In this document: one piece after another, positions 10,236 to 20,333 of the stretch
How positions within the stretch are numbered: position 1 is the first letter of the stretch
Layout of the letters: every line of letters starts with the position of its first letter
Assembly (NCBI GenBank): GCA_011605725.1
Contig: JAAOZP010000012.1
Span: forward strand, 128,001 to 192,000
Reading direction: 5' to 3'
DNA length: 64,000 nucleotides
Source: Nitrososphaerota archaeon
Lineage (GTDB): Archaea; Thermoproteota; EX4484-205; JAAOZP01
Notes under the pieces: generated by a model
Told to the model about the DNA's origin: nothing
Database searches by the model: none
What the model saw: the letters and a program-made list of their open reading frames with translations, nothing else
Position numbers and translations under genes: made by a program

Positions 10236-12302
10236 TTATTTGCGTTTCCTCTTTACTAGGATGAAGTATGCTGCAACTATCACTATTACTATGACCACCA
10301 CTATGCCTATGTACATCTCGTAAGGTATCCTGGTGAAGACCGCTTTAACCGTGTGAGCCCTATCCATAGTTATGGTTATCGAGGTACTTGTTCCTGCAGG
10401 CGAGCCGTCGACCTCCCACCTCTCGAAATTATAGCCGCTGGAAGGAGTTGCCGTGACAGTTACCTTATCGCCCTTAGCGTACTCGTATGAGCCTGGAGCG
10501 AGGCTCGTTGTCCCTCCTTCAGAAGCCAGAACTGTCAAGGCGATCTTTGGCTTCAACCAGCCGAACGCGAACAATGGCCTAAGACCGTGCAGCTCGTATG
10601 ATCCTAGTCCACTCCAGTAACGCGGATCGGTTGGGAAGACGAACCTCTTGTTCATGTAGATCACGACGGCAGGAGCATACAGGTTTATGACTGGAACCTC
10701 GTTCCCAGTTATGTAGGAGAGCGTGGAGTATATCTCTGTAAGCTGAGCCTGGCTTATCTGAGCCGGGAACAGGTTTATGTCTAATGCTAGCTTAGTAACG
10801 TTCACTGGCTGAGTCTTCCATGGGACAGAGTGCATCTGGCCCCATGTCTTAGCGGGATCATGACCGGGGTATAGAGCCATGTACTTATGGTAGTACTCGT
10901 CGAACGAGAAGCCCGGTGAACCGTAGACTCCTCCACTCAGGTCGTAAGCACCCTTGTAGAACATGTCTGTCCAGACGGCGCTGTCAACCACTTGAACGTT
11001 AATCTTTATCCCAACCTTCTCCAGCTGGGCTTTAAGGTTTTCAGCCGCAGGAGCGTTGATCCATGATCCTCCGGTTACGAGTGTGAACTCAAGCCTTGTA
11101 CCGTTCGGAGTCACGTAAACCCCGTCAGCACCCTTCCTGAAGCCCAGGCCTTGAAGGATCTGCTCAGCCTTAGCAGGATTATACTCGTACTTGAAGTCTT
11201 TAAGATACTTGTCTATGAAGCTCTGGTTCAAGTATCTTGTTAAGTCCGGCACGTTGAACCCAATCACGTAGGGCGATGGTACGCATCCTCCAGTATACTG
11301 GACCCATCCTACCTCAGTCCTGTTTATAGCGTATGCTAAAGCTCGCCTGACTTCAACCATGTTCAACGGGTACTTAGCCTTGTTAATGTAAAGGGTTACT
11401 CCAACAGGCCTAGGTATCCTGATTGTCCAGGCCCACGGGTTCGCCTCAAGCTGCTTCACCAGCTCTGGAGCAGGCGAAATGGCCCAGACGTAGTCAACCT
11501 CGCCGCTTATCACTGCCTGCCACACAAGGTCTGAGGTCGCATACCTTATAAGGTGTATTTCGTCTATAGGCGGCTTGCCGTTCCAGTAGTCGGCGAAGGC
11601 TTCAAGCACTATCTTCGTCTCATCAACGCTCTTAATCTTGTAGGGGCCGCACCCTATTACTGTTTCAGGCCTATAGTTCTTAAGCTCGTCTATAAGGTCC
11701 TGAAAGTCGGCAGTATTCGCGAAAATATCCTTGCCCTCCCTTATCCTTGCCTGAACCTTGTCCGCAATACTGCCATACTGAGTGTAGGAGACTATCATCC
11801 AGTGCCACAGAATGTAGAACACTGGGTAATCCGTCTTCTCCTTAAAGGTGAACTTGATAGTGTAGTCGTCAATAACCTGAACATCCTTTATGTAGTACCA
11901 CAGCCTGTCTTTAAGAAGGTAGACGCAGTATAGCGTGGCCAGAACATCCTTATAGGTTAGCTCATGGCCATCATGGAACTTGACTCCTTTTCTCAGCTTA
12001 ACCTGGAACCACATGTAGTTCGGGTCCAGCTGCCAGCTCTCCGCCACACACGGCACGTAAGTGCCGTTTGCAGCGAAGTAGTGGGTCATAAGCTCGAGAA
12101 CCCAGTCGAAAACCCCAATGTTGCCGGAGATGAAAAAGTTCCAGTGCCCAACGGGGGGCGGGTTGTAGCCGAAAGGCCTCTTCCAAACAGTCTTCTCCTC
12201 CTGGGCTACGACAGTCTTGTAGGGAGTGAAGGATTGTGGAGCCATGGTTATTAGAAGCATCATACAGATCAATCCTGACGCTAATATTCGCCATGCCTTC
12301 AT
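10236..12302 (-). CDS. Family 5 ABC substrate-binding protein (probably oligosaccharide) with a C-terminal InlB-B/Flg_new-like beta domain and TM anchor
   Basis: Signal peptide; LRKGVKFHDG, GCGPY, VRRALAYAINR; C-terminal GGTT...VTVTATPSSGYNFERW domain, TM helix and KRKRK tail. Confidence 0.9.
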   Translation of the reverse strand: MKAWRILASGLICMMLLITMAPQSFTPYKTVVAQEEKTVWKRPFGYNPPPVGHWNFFISGNIGVFDWVLELMTHYFAANGTYVPCVAESWQLDPNYMWFQVKLRKGVKFHDGHELTYKDVLATLYCVYLLKDRLWYYIKDVQVIDDYTIKFTFKEKTDYPVFYILWHWMIVSYTQYGSIADKVQARIREGKDIFANTADFQDLIDELKNYRPETVIGCGPYKIKSVDETKIVLEAFADYWNGKPPIDEIHLIRYATSDLVWQAVISGEVDYVWAISPAPELVKQLEANPWAWTIRIPRPVGVTLYINKAKYPLNMVEVRRALAYAINRTEVGWVQYTGGCVPSPYVIGFNVPDLTRYLNQSFIDKYLKDFKYEYNPAKAEQILQGLGFRKGADGVYVTPNGTRLEFTLVTGGSWINAPAAENLKAQLEKVGIKINVQVVDSAVWTDMFYKGAYDLSGGVYGSPGFSFDEYYHKYMALYPGHDPAKTWGQMHSVPWKTQPVNVTKLALDINLFPAQISQAQLTEIYSTLSYITGNEVPVINLYAPAVVIYMNKRFVFPTDPRYWSGLGSYELHGLRPLFAFGWLKPKIALTVLASEGGTTSLAPGSYEYAKGDKVTVTATPSSGYNFERWEVDGSPAGTSTSITITMDRAHTVKAVFTRIPYEMYIGIVVVIVIVIVAAYFILVKRKRK

Positions 12303-12373
12303 ACCGTTTTCACCGTTAGAAAATGTTTCACAGCACTATATAAGTTTTTTACCTTGTTAAAAAAAATCGATAA

Positions 12374-13375
12374 CTAGGTGAATCTCTCTGCGAAATGGCA
12401 TGCGACCAGCCTCGAGTCGAACTCCCTAAGCTCAGGGACATGCTCCTCACATATTTTCTCAGCATACGGGCACCTCGGGTGGAACTTACACCCGCTTGGC
12501 ACTTGCTCCAGCCTAGGGACCTCGAGGCTCCTAAGCTTCGGTATAGGCCTGCTCCTAGTAAGCCTCGGGTCAGGCACTGATATGGCTGTCATCATGATCT
12601 GAGTATAAGGATGTATAGGTTTTTGTATTACTGAGTCCCCCTCTCCAGCCTCAACTATGCTTCCAAGATACATCATAGCAATCTTGCCACGGCCCTTAAG
12701 TATGAAATACCTGGCTATTCCCAAGTCGTGGGTGATGAAGAGATAGGACATTCCGAATCTTTTCTGGAGCTCCAGCATAAGGTCCACAGCACCCAGTCTT
12801 AAAGAGGCGTCCAGCATTGAGACAGCCTCGTCGGCAACGATATACTTTGGTCTCAAGGATACTGCCCTTGCAAGTATTATCCTCTGCATCTGTCCCCCGC
12901 TCATCCTAGCCGGATACCTGTTCAGAAAGTCTTCCGGCGGCGCCAGCCCCACCATGGTGAGAAGCTCTTTCAACCTTTCGTAGGCAGCTTTGCTGTCAGG
13001 AACCTCCTTGTTCCGGATTAGAGGCGGAGCCAAGGACTGGAAGATTGTTCTAACAGGGTTTAGACTAGTATACGGGTCCTGATGGATTATCTGAGCGTTC
13101 CTCCTGAAATAAGTAAACTCTTTCTTCCCCATTGACCAGATGTCCCTGCCTTCGAAAATGACGCTTCCAGAATCGGGTTTCAACAATCCTAGCGTAAGCT
13201 TGCCGAGAGTGCTTTTCCCACAGCCGCTTTCACCGACGAGCGCCACATTCTCCATCCTGCCTATTTCAAGAGATACTTCGTCTACAGCCCTAACAGTCTT
13301 TTTAGGAGTGAATATGCCTCCTTTCGCAAACTCCTTCGTAACCTTTACAACTCTGAGAAGAGGCTCCTCGCTCAA
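12374..13375 (-). CDS. ABC ATPase (OppF/DppF-like)
   Basis: Walker A GESGCGKS, MSGGQ, DEAVSMLD, HPYT, GCKFHPRCP. Confidence 0.93.
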   Translation of the reverse strand: MSEEPLLRVVKVTKEFAKGGIFTPKKTVRAVDEVSLEIGRMENVALVGESGCGKSTLGKLTLGLLKPDSGSVIFEGRDIWSMGKKEFTYFRRNAQIIHQDPYTSLNPVRTIFQSLAPPLIRNKEVPDSKAAYERLKELLTMVGLAPPEDFLNRYPARMSGGQMQRIILARAVSLRPKYIVADEAVSMLDASLRLGAVDLMLELQKRFGMSYLFITHDLGIARYFILKGRGKIAMMYLGSIVEAGEGDSVIQKPIHPYTQIMMTAISVPDPRLTRSRPIPKLRSLEVPRLEQVPSGCKFHPRCPYAEKICEEHVPELREFDSRLVACHFAERFT

Positions 13376-14364
13376 TTCAGCTCACGCCACCTGTGACACG
13401 CCACCAGCGAAACATCGTCCACCCGCTCCAGATTCGGCCTAACTCTTGAGCAGATTTCAACCCTATGCGGGCACCGCGGGTGGAACTCGCAGCCCGGTGG
13501 AGGGTTAACCGGGTCGGGGAGCGGCCCTGGAAGGGGCTTAAGCTCATCGACGCTCCCCACTATGCTTGGAACAGCCTTTAGGAGAGCCCTGGTATATGGG
13601 TGCCTAGGCCTGTAGAAGATGTCTTCAACGCTGGCCGCCTCAACTATTACACCGCCATACATAACGGCAACTCTGTCAGCAATCTCAGCAACCTGTGCTA
13701 AGTCATGGGTTATGAATATCATTGATTTCTTGGTTTCCCTTCTTATGTCGACGAGAGTTTTCAGGAAGAACTTTTGAGTTAGCACGTCTAGGGCTGAGAA
13801 CGGCTCGTCCAGGATGAGTAGCTTCGGGTCTAGAAGCATCGCCATAGCCGCTACGGCGCGTTGCTTCATCCCGCCGCTAAGCTCATGCGGATACCTTTCC
13901 AAAACAGCTTCAGGGTCTAACCTAACCATCCGCATCAACTCTTTCGAGCGTTTCAATATCTCATCCTTCTTAGCGTTTTCATCATGAGCAAGAGTAGTGT
14001 CAACCATGTGCTCGAAAATCCTCATGACCGGGTTGAAAGAGTTAAATGCCCCTTGAAAAACAATCGCTATCTCCTTCCATCTGAACCTTCTAAGCTCCTC
14101 CTTACTCATGCTTAAAATATCCCTTCCGCCGAAAATTATTTTCCCGCTCGCGATACGCCCGTTCGGGTCAACTATCCTCAGTATTGTATGCGCCAATACT
14201 GATTTTCCACAGCCGCTTTCACCAACCAGGCCGAGCACCTCGTCGCTGTAAACATCCAGGTCGAGATTGTCCACAGCCCTCAGAATTCCCCTTGGAACCC
14301 TGAATTCAACTGTAAGGCCCCTTATGCTTAGCAGTACTTCTTTGCCTCCTGCTGCAGACGACAA
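13372..14364 (-). CDS. ABC ATPase (OppD/DppD-like)
   Basis: GESGCGKS, LSGGMKQR, DEPFSALD, GCEFHPRCP; 4-nt overlap with the next ATPase. Confidence 0.93.
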   Translation of the reverse strand: MSSAAGGKEVLLSIRGLTVEFRVPRGILRAVDNLDLDVYSDEVLGLVGESGCGKSVLAHTILRIVDPNGRIASGKIIFGGRDILSMSKEELRRFRWKEIAIVFQGAFNSFNPVMRIFEHMVDTTLAHDENAKKDEILKRSKELMRMVRLDPEAVLERYPHELSGGMKQRAVAAMAMLLDPKLLILDEPFSALDVLTQKFFLKTLVDIRRETKKSMIFITHDLAQVAEIADRVAVMYGGVIVEAASVEDIFYRPRHPYTRALLKAVPSIVGSVDELKPLPGPLPDPVNPPPGCEFHPRCPHRVEICSRVRPNLERVDDVSLVACHRWRELN

Positions 14365-14467
14365 CAGAGTTCAGATGCGTGGAAAACAGGGGCATTAATA
14401 AATTTTTTAAATAAGGCCGTAGCCTTCGAAAGCAACATTTATATTTCAACCAGGGAAGCCGGCTTTA

Positions 14468-14677
14468 ATGGATCCGAATACGGGGAGGCTTGCCCTAAAC
14501 CTGGCCATGGTGCTGCTCGTGCTTGATTTAATAGCCCTGCCCTTTGTGGATGTGAATTCAGGAGAGTTCTTCATAGCGCTGGTTGGAATAATCGTTCTAG
14601 TCTTGTTCATCACCCTGGTTTCCATAGAGATAAGGAGAGAGGTGAAAGCAGCGTCTATAGACCCGGCTAACAGCTAA
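14468..14677 (+). CDS. Small two-TM membrane protein
   Basis: Two hydrophobic helices; TTTATAT at 14438-14444 lies 23 nt before the ATG. Confidence 0.7.
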   Translation: MDPNTGRLALNLAMVLLVLDLIALPFVDVNSGEFFIALVGIIVLVLFITLVSIEIRREVKAASIDPANS

Positions 14678-14698
14678 ATAAAAAGCTTTTTTACAACG

Positions 14699-16072
14699 TT
14701 ACTTCTTTCTGCTCCTCCTAACCAGGAGGAGACCCACCACCATTATGAGGATTAGAGCAGCCACAGTTAAGAAAACCCATTCTGGGGCTCTAACAGACAC
14801 TTTCGCTACCTCGCTTTTCGCAGTATTACCATTTTTATCACTTGCCTCAACGTAGAACAACACTTCTGTGAAAGCGTTTTGCCCAGGTATGTAGGCATCA
14901 TACCTGTCAGCTAAACGACTCATAGTAATCCTAGACCAGCTTGCCCCGCCGTCAGTAGAATAATACAGAATAACCTCTTTAACGCCTGTTCCGACGTCAG
15001 TAATCCATGCGGACACTTTTATAACCTCTCCCATGACAGGGCTATCAGGGCTTCTCGACACATTCACTATCTGAGGAGGATACGTGTCTACAATAACTGT
15101 GATCCATGCCGATCCCTCCACGTAATAGTCAGGGGAATATCCTTCAGCCACAGCACTAATCATATAATCACCCACGCTAGTATCATAATAATAGACAACG
15201 ATCTGCGTTTCTCCGTTTCTTATCTCAACCCTGTCAACCGGCTCACCACCTGGACTTAGAGAGAAAATTCCTGTTCTAGACGAGGTTGAAAGCTTTACTA
15301 TTGTTGAGCCGAAGCTAATCCAGTCTTGTTTAAATATTCTGTCACCCCTGATAACGAGTATACCGTCTTGGGAAAGCCTCTTAATAGTTATGCCAGCCCA
15401 TTCGCCAGATACTAGGAGAGGATTGCTCACCGTAATGTTGAGCTTGGGAGGGATAAACTCAACGGTTAGAAATGGCCTCTTATCCTGCTCTAAAGATTCC
15501 CTAGAGAGGAACCATGCTTCTTGGCTGACAGGTGAATTTTCAGAGCCATCAAGAATCTCCCAGCCTAAGTTACGCCACGCATACTCCTCTATTCCGTTAA
15601 GAAACTTCTGAACCTGATCAGTAACATCCCAAACCACCCATCCGGGGGTTGTTGGAACGATTGATGAAGCAGCGAACGTTGACGTTGATTCCGGCCTCTT
15701 ACTCCATGCAAGTGAACCCTCGTCCCAGGCTGAGGTTAAGTGATAGCAGAGATAGGTCCTGTTAGAAGCAGGTGGTTTTGAAAGATAAAGAAAGAGTTTT
15801 GCACGCAGCACGGATGCGCCAGGAGGGATCGTGGAAATATTGAAGAAGACGTAGGTCCTCGCGTTTCCTGCTTCTGACGACCTTACTTTCAGAAGCTCTA
15901 CTCCACCATGAGAACTATTAGGATTCTCCTGGTCGGCATATGAATCAGCTGAAGCCTGGAAAACAGCTGCGACCTTATCCTGCTCGCCGTGAACAGTTAG
16001 AGCAGGAATGTTTAAAACCATAAGCGTCAAAACTGCTGAAAACATGATGCTAAACAATATTTTTTTCCTCAT
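14699..16072 (-). CDS. Membrane-anchored surface protein with a DNRLRE (disaggregatase-related) domain and Ig-like domains
   Basis: Signal peptide from ATG 16072; ADSYAD...ARTYVFFNISTIP...AKLFLYL...WDEGSLAW...WDVT...RPFLTV; C-terminal TM and RRSRKK. ORF-track start is 16141. Confidence 0.75.
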   Translation of the reverse strand: MRKKILFSIMFSAVLTLMVLNIPALTVHGEQDKVAAVFQASADSYADQENPNSSHGGVELLKVRSSEAGNARTYVFFNISTIPPGASVLRAKLFLYLSKPPASNRTYLCYHLTSAWDEGSLAWSKRPESTSTFAASSIVPTTPGWVVWDVTDQVQKFLNGIEEYAWRNLGWEILDGSENSPVSQEAWFLSRESLEQDKRPFLTVEFIPPKLNITVSNPLLVSGEWAGITIKRLSQDGILVIRGDRIFKQDWISFGSTIVKLSTSSRTGIFSLSPGGEPVDRVEIRNGETQIVVYYYDTSVGDYMISAVAEGYSPDYYVEGSAWITVIVDTYPPQIVNVSRSPDSPVMGEVIKVSAWITDVGTGVKEVILYYSTDGGASWSRITMSRLADRYDAYIPGQNAFTEVLFYVEASDKNGNTAKSEVAKVSVRAPEWVFLTVAALILIMVVGLLLVRRSRKK

Positions 16073-16171
16073 TTCCAATCCACATAGCATGCATGTAAAT
16101 AACCTTATAAAGATTTTCCCTGTAGACAAGGCATGTATCAAGCCAAGTTTTATTAATAACTCTAACAGGAA

Positions 16172-17254
16172 TTGTTAATGTTGAGGACTGTAGAATCAAG
16201 CTACCCGAACAAGGATATTAGGGAGAACTATTTGAAGGCTTTAGAATATCGTTACCCAGAATGGATTCCGTGTGGGGTTAACTTTTTACCAGGCGTATGG
16301 AAGAAGCACCGCGGGAAACTGGAGGACATCGTGGCTAGACACCCGCTTATCTTCGGCCATTATGAGAAGGACGGTAGGAATTTTGACGAGATGCCTCCTG
16401 TTTATCGCCCAGGATATTTCACGGATAACTGGGGATGTGTTTGGTATACTGTTAAAGAGGGTTTAGAGGGACAGGTTGTTGGACACCCGTTAGCCGACTG
16501 GAAAGCGTTTGAAAACTATCAGCCTCCAGACCCGTTGTTGAAGACGGAGAGAGGAGAAAGAGGAGTAGAATATTGGGAGAAAACTAAGAAGGCTTTCGCA
16601 GAGCGTAGGGAGAAGGGTCTTCTAAGGGTCGGCGACGGGGAACGCCTTTTCGACCGATTATACTTCTTAAGGGGCTTTGAAAACCTGATGAGGGACATTG
16701 TTACGGATGACCCTAACCTTCCAAGGCTTATAAACATGCTTCTAAATTACGAGACTAGGCTCGTTGAGAAGTGGCTTGAAATCGGAGTGGATATCATGAG
16801 CTTCCACACAGACATAGGGACGCAGAACGGTTTGATGATAAGCCCATTGAAATTCCGGAAATACTTTAAACCAATGTTTAAAAAGCTTTTCACCCTCTGC
16901 AGGAATGCGGGTGTACATGTTTATCTCTCCTCCGACGGGCGGCTGCTGGATATTGTTGACGACCTGGTTGAATGTGGAGTCTCCGTCCATGATCCGCAGC
17001 TCCGAGCGAACACGCTGGACGGGATTGCTAGAGCTTACAAGGGCAAGCTGTGCGTCGACCTTGACTTAGACAGGCAGACACTCCCATTCTGCAGTCCCCA
17101 GGATATTCGTAGAATGGTTGAGGAGAGCATTGGAAAACTGTATTTGCCAGAGGGCGGTTTAATGATGAAAGGAGAGATCGGGCCGGATGTTCCATTGGAA
17201 AACGTCGAGGCTCTGTGTCAAGCCATGGAGGATTTCTGCATCAGGCTAAGATAG
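16172..17254 (+). CDS. Uroporphyrinogen decarboxylase / MtaA-CmuA methyltransferase superfamily protein
   Basis: TDNWGCVW, HPLADW, LRGFENLM, TDIGTQNGLMISP, DVPLEN; metal motif reads SSDG. Confidence 0.8.
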   Translation: MLMLRTVESSYPNKDIRENYLKALEYRYPEWIPCGVNFLPGVWKKHRGKLEDIVARHPLIFGHYEKDGRNFDEMPPVYRPGYFTDNWGCVWYTVKEGLEGQVVGHPLADWKAFENYQPPDPLLKTERGERGVEYWEKTKKAFAERREKGLLRVGDGERLFDRLYFLRGFENLMRDIVTDDPNLPRLINMLLNYETRLVEKWLEIGVDIMSFHTDIGTQNGLMISPLKFRKYFKPMFKKLFTLCRNAGVHVYLSSDGRLLDIVDDLVECGVSVHDPQLRANTLDGIARAYKGKLCVDLDLDRQTLPFCSPQDIRRMVEESIGKLYLPEGGLMMKGEIGPDVPLENVEALCQAMEDFCIRLR

Positions 17255-17296
17255 TTTTCAACCCTTTGTAAGAAGTGTTTCACGTAGATAGGGAGC

Positions 17297-18514
17297 CTAC
17301 GGTTTTAACGGGTAGAAGCCGTTTTCATAAGCCGACCTGTAGGCGGCGAGAATGTTTTTCAGGAGGCACGTTAGCCTGAATATTGTGAACCTGGTTGAAA
17401 ACGTATCCACCATTCCTAGCGAAAACCAGAATATTCTTTTTCACATGCTTGTAAACCTCCTCCGGACTACCGGCGTGAAACACCTTCTGAGTGTCCACGC
17501 CTCCACCCCAGAAAGCAACCTGGTCGCCGAACTCTTTCTTCAACCTCTCCGGCTCCATGTTTCTCGCAGAGATTTGAACAGGGTTCAGTATGTCGACGCC
17601 AGCATCTATCAGGTCCGGGATAAGATCATGTATTGAGCCGCAGGAGTGGAGGAAGACGAATATTCTCGAATGCTTCTTCACGTATTGAAAAAGCTCTGTG
17701 TGACACGGCTTTAAGAGTTCCCTGTATGTTTTCGGTGAAACCTGGGGTCCCGTCTGAATTCCGAGATCATCCCCGAAACCTATGACCTGCACGTGGTCTT
17801 TCAAGGCTTCAACATATTTCTTCACATTATGCATTAAAACACTCATCATCCTGTCAAGAATCGCTGAGGCCAAGCTCCTTCTGGAGGAAAGATCTATGAG
17901 CCAGTTTGACCACCCTCTCAGGCCCTGACCCCACTCGTGAACACTTCCCGCGCCGAAGAAGTGTAAAGCGAAACCCGTGGATGCTCCGCTCTCCCCCTTA
18001 GGCTTGAAACATACTCATCCCCTACTTTATGGCTCTCCCAATCATAATTCTTCAACGCTTCAGGACTCTCTGCTTTCTCAAGAGGATGATAGACACTGTC
18101 GAAGTATAGGCTGCCCTTAGGCATTTTTGAAACCACTATTCCTCTTCCGTTTCTAATAACCCATCCGCCGGCACCATCCGGCTCAGGGTTAAACCAGGCC
18201 GGGACCTCGCACCTAGTTCCATCCGGCAGAAACTATTCTCTCCACGTTTCGTCTCCGGGTCCGCATGGTTCAAGCGTCCTGGTGAGGGGAATCACGTCTA
18301 CTTTAAACAATTCAAGTATCTCTTTCTCAGGCTCAGCTAACTGTTGGCCAACATCGTAAACCCTTACAACACCCTTCTCCAAGCCGAGGTGTTTCTTCAG
18401 TCTAGCGTAAGCTATTGCCATTATACCGGTTGAAGGCATTGAGCCTAAGTCTATTGGAACCCTGTCAGGCTCCTCACGCCTCAGCGCCGTCAGAACCCTA
18501 GTTCTAGAGTCCAA
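17297..18514 (-). pseudogene. Disrupted URO-D/MtaA-CmuA family gene
   Basis: Three track ORFs join into one protein. Lesions: in-frame TAG at 18233-18235 (WRE*FLPDG); a frameshift near 17980 (AEH/TGFALHFFG...LRGWSNWLID); an extra A near 17355-17360 (the corrected frame reads VPPENILAAYRSAYENGFYPLKP*). Confidence 0.85.
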
Positions 18515-18675
18515 GGAGTAACGCTTTAGTTTTCAGTTAATAAGTCTTAAGAACAGCGTGTCGAACAATAGAGGAAAAACCAGATAACATGCTTGAAAAA
18601 ACCTGTTGACCCTTAAGAGGTTTTCTCAAGAATAAGCCCCTAAACGCTTATATTTTATAGGGGAACCTTAGCATT

Positions 18676-19452
18676 ATGCATCCTGTGGTGGTTGTTGAAG
18701 GAGGCTGTCTGCCAGAGGTTTGGGAGAAGTCGATAACCGAGCTCTGGAGCAAGGGTGTGAACATTAGGACTGAATACGGGAACGACAGCAAGGACTGCAC
18801 GATGCTAATGATAATAAGAACCCCTTTAGCGGAGCCGAGAATCCATAAGGCTGGGCTGATGGTTGGCAAGCTTTCACAGCTTGAAGAATACGTTCAGGAG
18901 GTTTGCAACGGGATACATGACTCTTACGTGGAGAGAGGAATTTGGCCCTATACTTACCATGAACGCTTACGCTCCTACAAGTATTGCAGCGAGACGATCG
19001 ATCAGGTAGACTACATAGTTAGAAAGCTGGCGGAAGCACCTTACTCCAGGAGGGCGCAGGCGATAACTTGGAAGCCTTGGGTTGACCCGAAGATTGAAGA
19101 CCCGCCCTGCCTCCAAAGAATCTGGTTCAGAGTTTACGGAGACAGACTTATCATGGAGACCTGCTGGAGGTCGAGGGACGCTTTGAAAGCAGCCTTCATG
19201 AACATCTATGCTCTCACAATTCTTCAGAAAAACGTGGCGGAAGAGTTGTCGAGGAAGACTGGAAGAACCATTGTTCCAGGCGAATACGTGGATTTCTCAA
19301 ACTCATACCACATATATGAAGCTGATTTCGAAAAGGCGGAAAGCCTAGTTAAACGCTCCAAGGAGTCAGGGTGGGAGACACGCTCCTGGAGCACTGAGCA
19401 GTTTAAAAGCATTGTTGAAATGGAGACGAGGGTTTCAAAAGCCTCAGGCTAA
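18676..19452 (+). CDS. thyA: Archaeal-type thymidylate synthase (ThyA family)
   Basis: YTYHERL, SRRAQAITW, DPPCLQ (catalytic Cys), RSRD...FMN, SYHIY. Confidence 0.8.
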   Translation: MHPVVVVEGGCLPEVWEKSITELWSKGVNIRTEYGNDSKDCTMLMIIRTPLAEPRIHKAGLMVGKLSQLEEYVQEVCNGIHDSYVERGIWPYTYHERLRSYKYCSETIDQVDYIVRKLAEAPYSRRAQAITWKPWVDPKIEDPPCLQRIWFRVYGDRLIMETCWRSRDALKAAFMNIYALTILQKNVAEELSRKTGRTIVPGEYVDFSNSYHIYEADFEKAESLVKRSKESGWETRSWSTEQFKSIVEMETRVSKASG

Positions 19453-20324
19453 CCTATTCTGGAGATTACCTCCAGCAAACCCTGCATCGAGATGTATGAG
19501 GCAGCGTACGCACCTGAGCTGAACTCTTTTCCACCAGGGGTTCTCAACATGGGCTCCTTAAGACTCCTCGTTACTCTCCAGTGGGTCTCGAGTGAAACAT
19601 AGCCTTCATACCCAATCTCCTTTAAAGCCTTTAGGTTTTCCCCTATTTTAGCCTGGCCCTCCCCGACTTTCAAAAACCTGGTTTCAGAACCTTCTCTAAC
19701 ACCGTCCTTAACATGCACATGCTTTATAAACTTCTTCACGTAGTTAAACCCCGTCGGAAAAGGGTCTTCACCCTCCTCATCCATCAGCTCATTACCTGGA
19801 TCCCACAGCGCCTTGACAGAGCTCGCACCCAGGGAGTTTATGAAGTCCGCCAGCATCCTCCCGTTCCCGACGAAGGTTGAAGGCTCATTCTCAACAATTA
19901 TCGTAACACCCTGCTTCTCAGCCATTTCAACAATCCTTCTGAATTTCTCAATTATGGTTCTCTTGTAATCCTCATATCTTCCTTTCTTCCAGAATGTGAA
20001 AGCCCTGACCAGTTGAGTGTCCAGGTGGCCAGCAAGCTCCAACGCGCTTCTAAATATCTCTATGTGTTTCTCGTATTCCTCTGCCGAATCAATGTCGCAT
20101 TTGAAAGTTGGAGACGCTATTGCACACACTTTTAAACCGTTATCTTGGAGAAACTTTTTCAAAACATTTTTCTCCCCAAGGATTTCTGGAAAACCCTTGT
20201 CAAGTATTGTTCTAATCTCTATAGCATCTATGTTGAAACTCCCAGCGAATTCCCTCACCTCACCCAGGTCTTGCGAAACCTCATCCGTTATGAACGATAG
20301 TTTAAATTTAATGTTCAACTTCAA
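19449..20324 (-). CDS. Sugar phosphate isomerase/epimerase (xylose isomerase-like TIM barrel)
   Basis: ENE, WDPGN, HVHVKD and SLETH metal ligands. Confidence 0.85.
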   Translation of the reverse strand: MKLNIKFKLSFITDEVSQDLGEVREFAGSFNIDAIEIRTILDKGFPEILGEKNVLKKFLQDNGLKVCAIASPTFKCDIDSAEEYEKHIEIFRSALELAGHLDTQLVRAFTFWKKGRYEDYKRTIIEKFRRIVEMAEKQGVTIIVENEPSTFVGNGRMLADFINSLGASSVKALWDPGNELMDEEGEDPFPTGFNYVKKFIKHVHVKDGVREGSETRFLKVGEGQAKIGENLKALKEIGYEGYVSLETHWRVTRSLKEPMLRTPGGKEFSSGAYAASYISMQGLLEVISRIG

Positions 20325-20333
20325 ATAACCTCC

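Noticed and set aside
18233-18235. In-frame amber codon in a methyltransferase-like gene, suggesting pyrrolysine
   Set aside because: The same gene has two further frameshifts, the position fits a Trp codon mutation, the family is not MtmB/MtbB/MttB, and no pyl genes are in the window.
18676-19452. ThyA homolog as a phage-type base-modification enzyme
   Set aside because: It retains the Asn typical of dUMP specificity (RSRD...FMN) and has no viral or DNA-modification neighbours.
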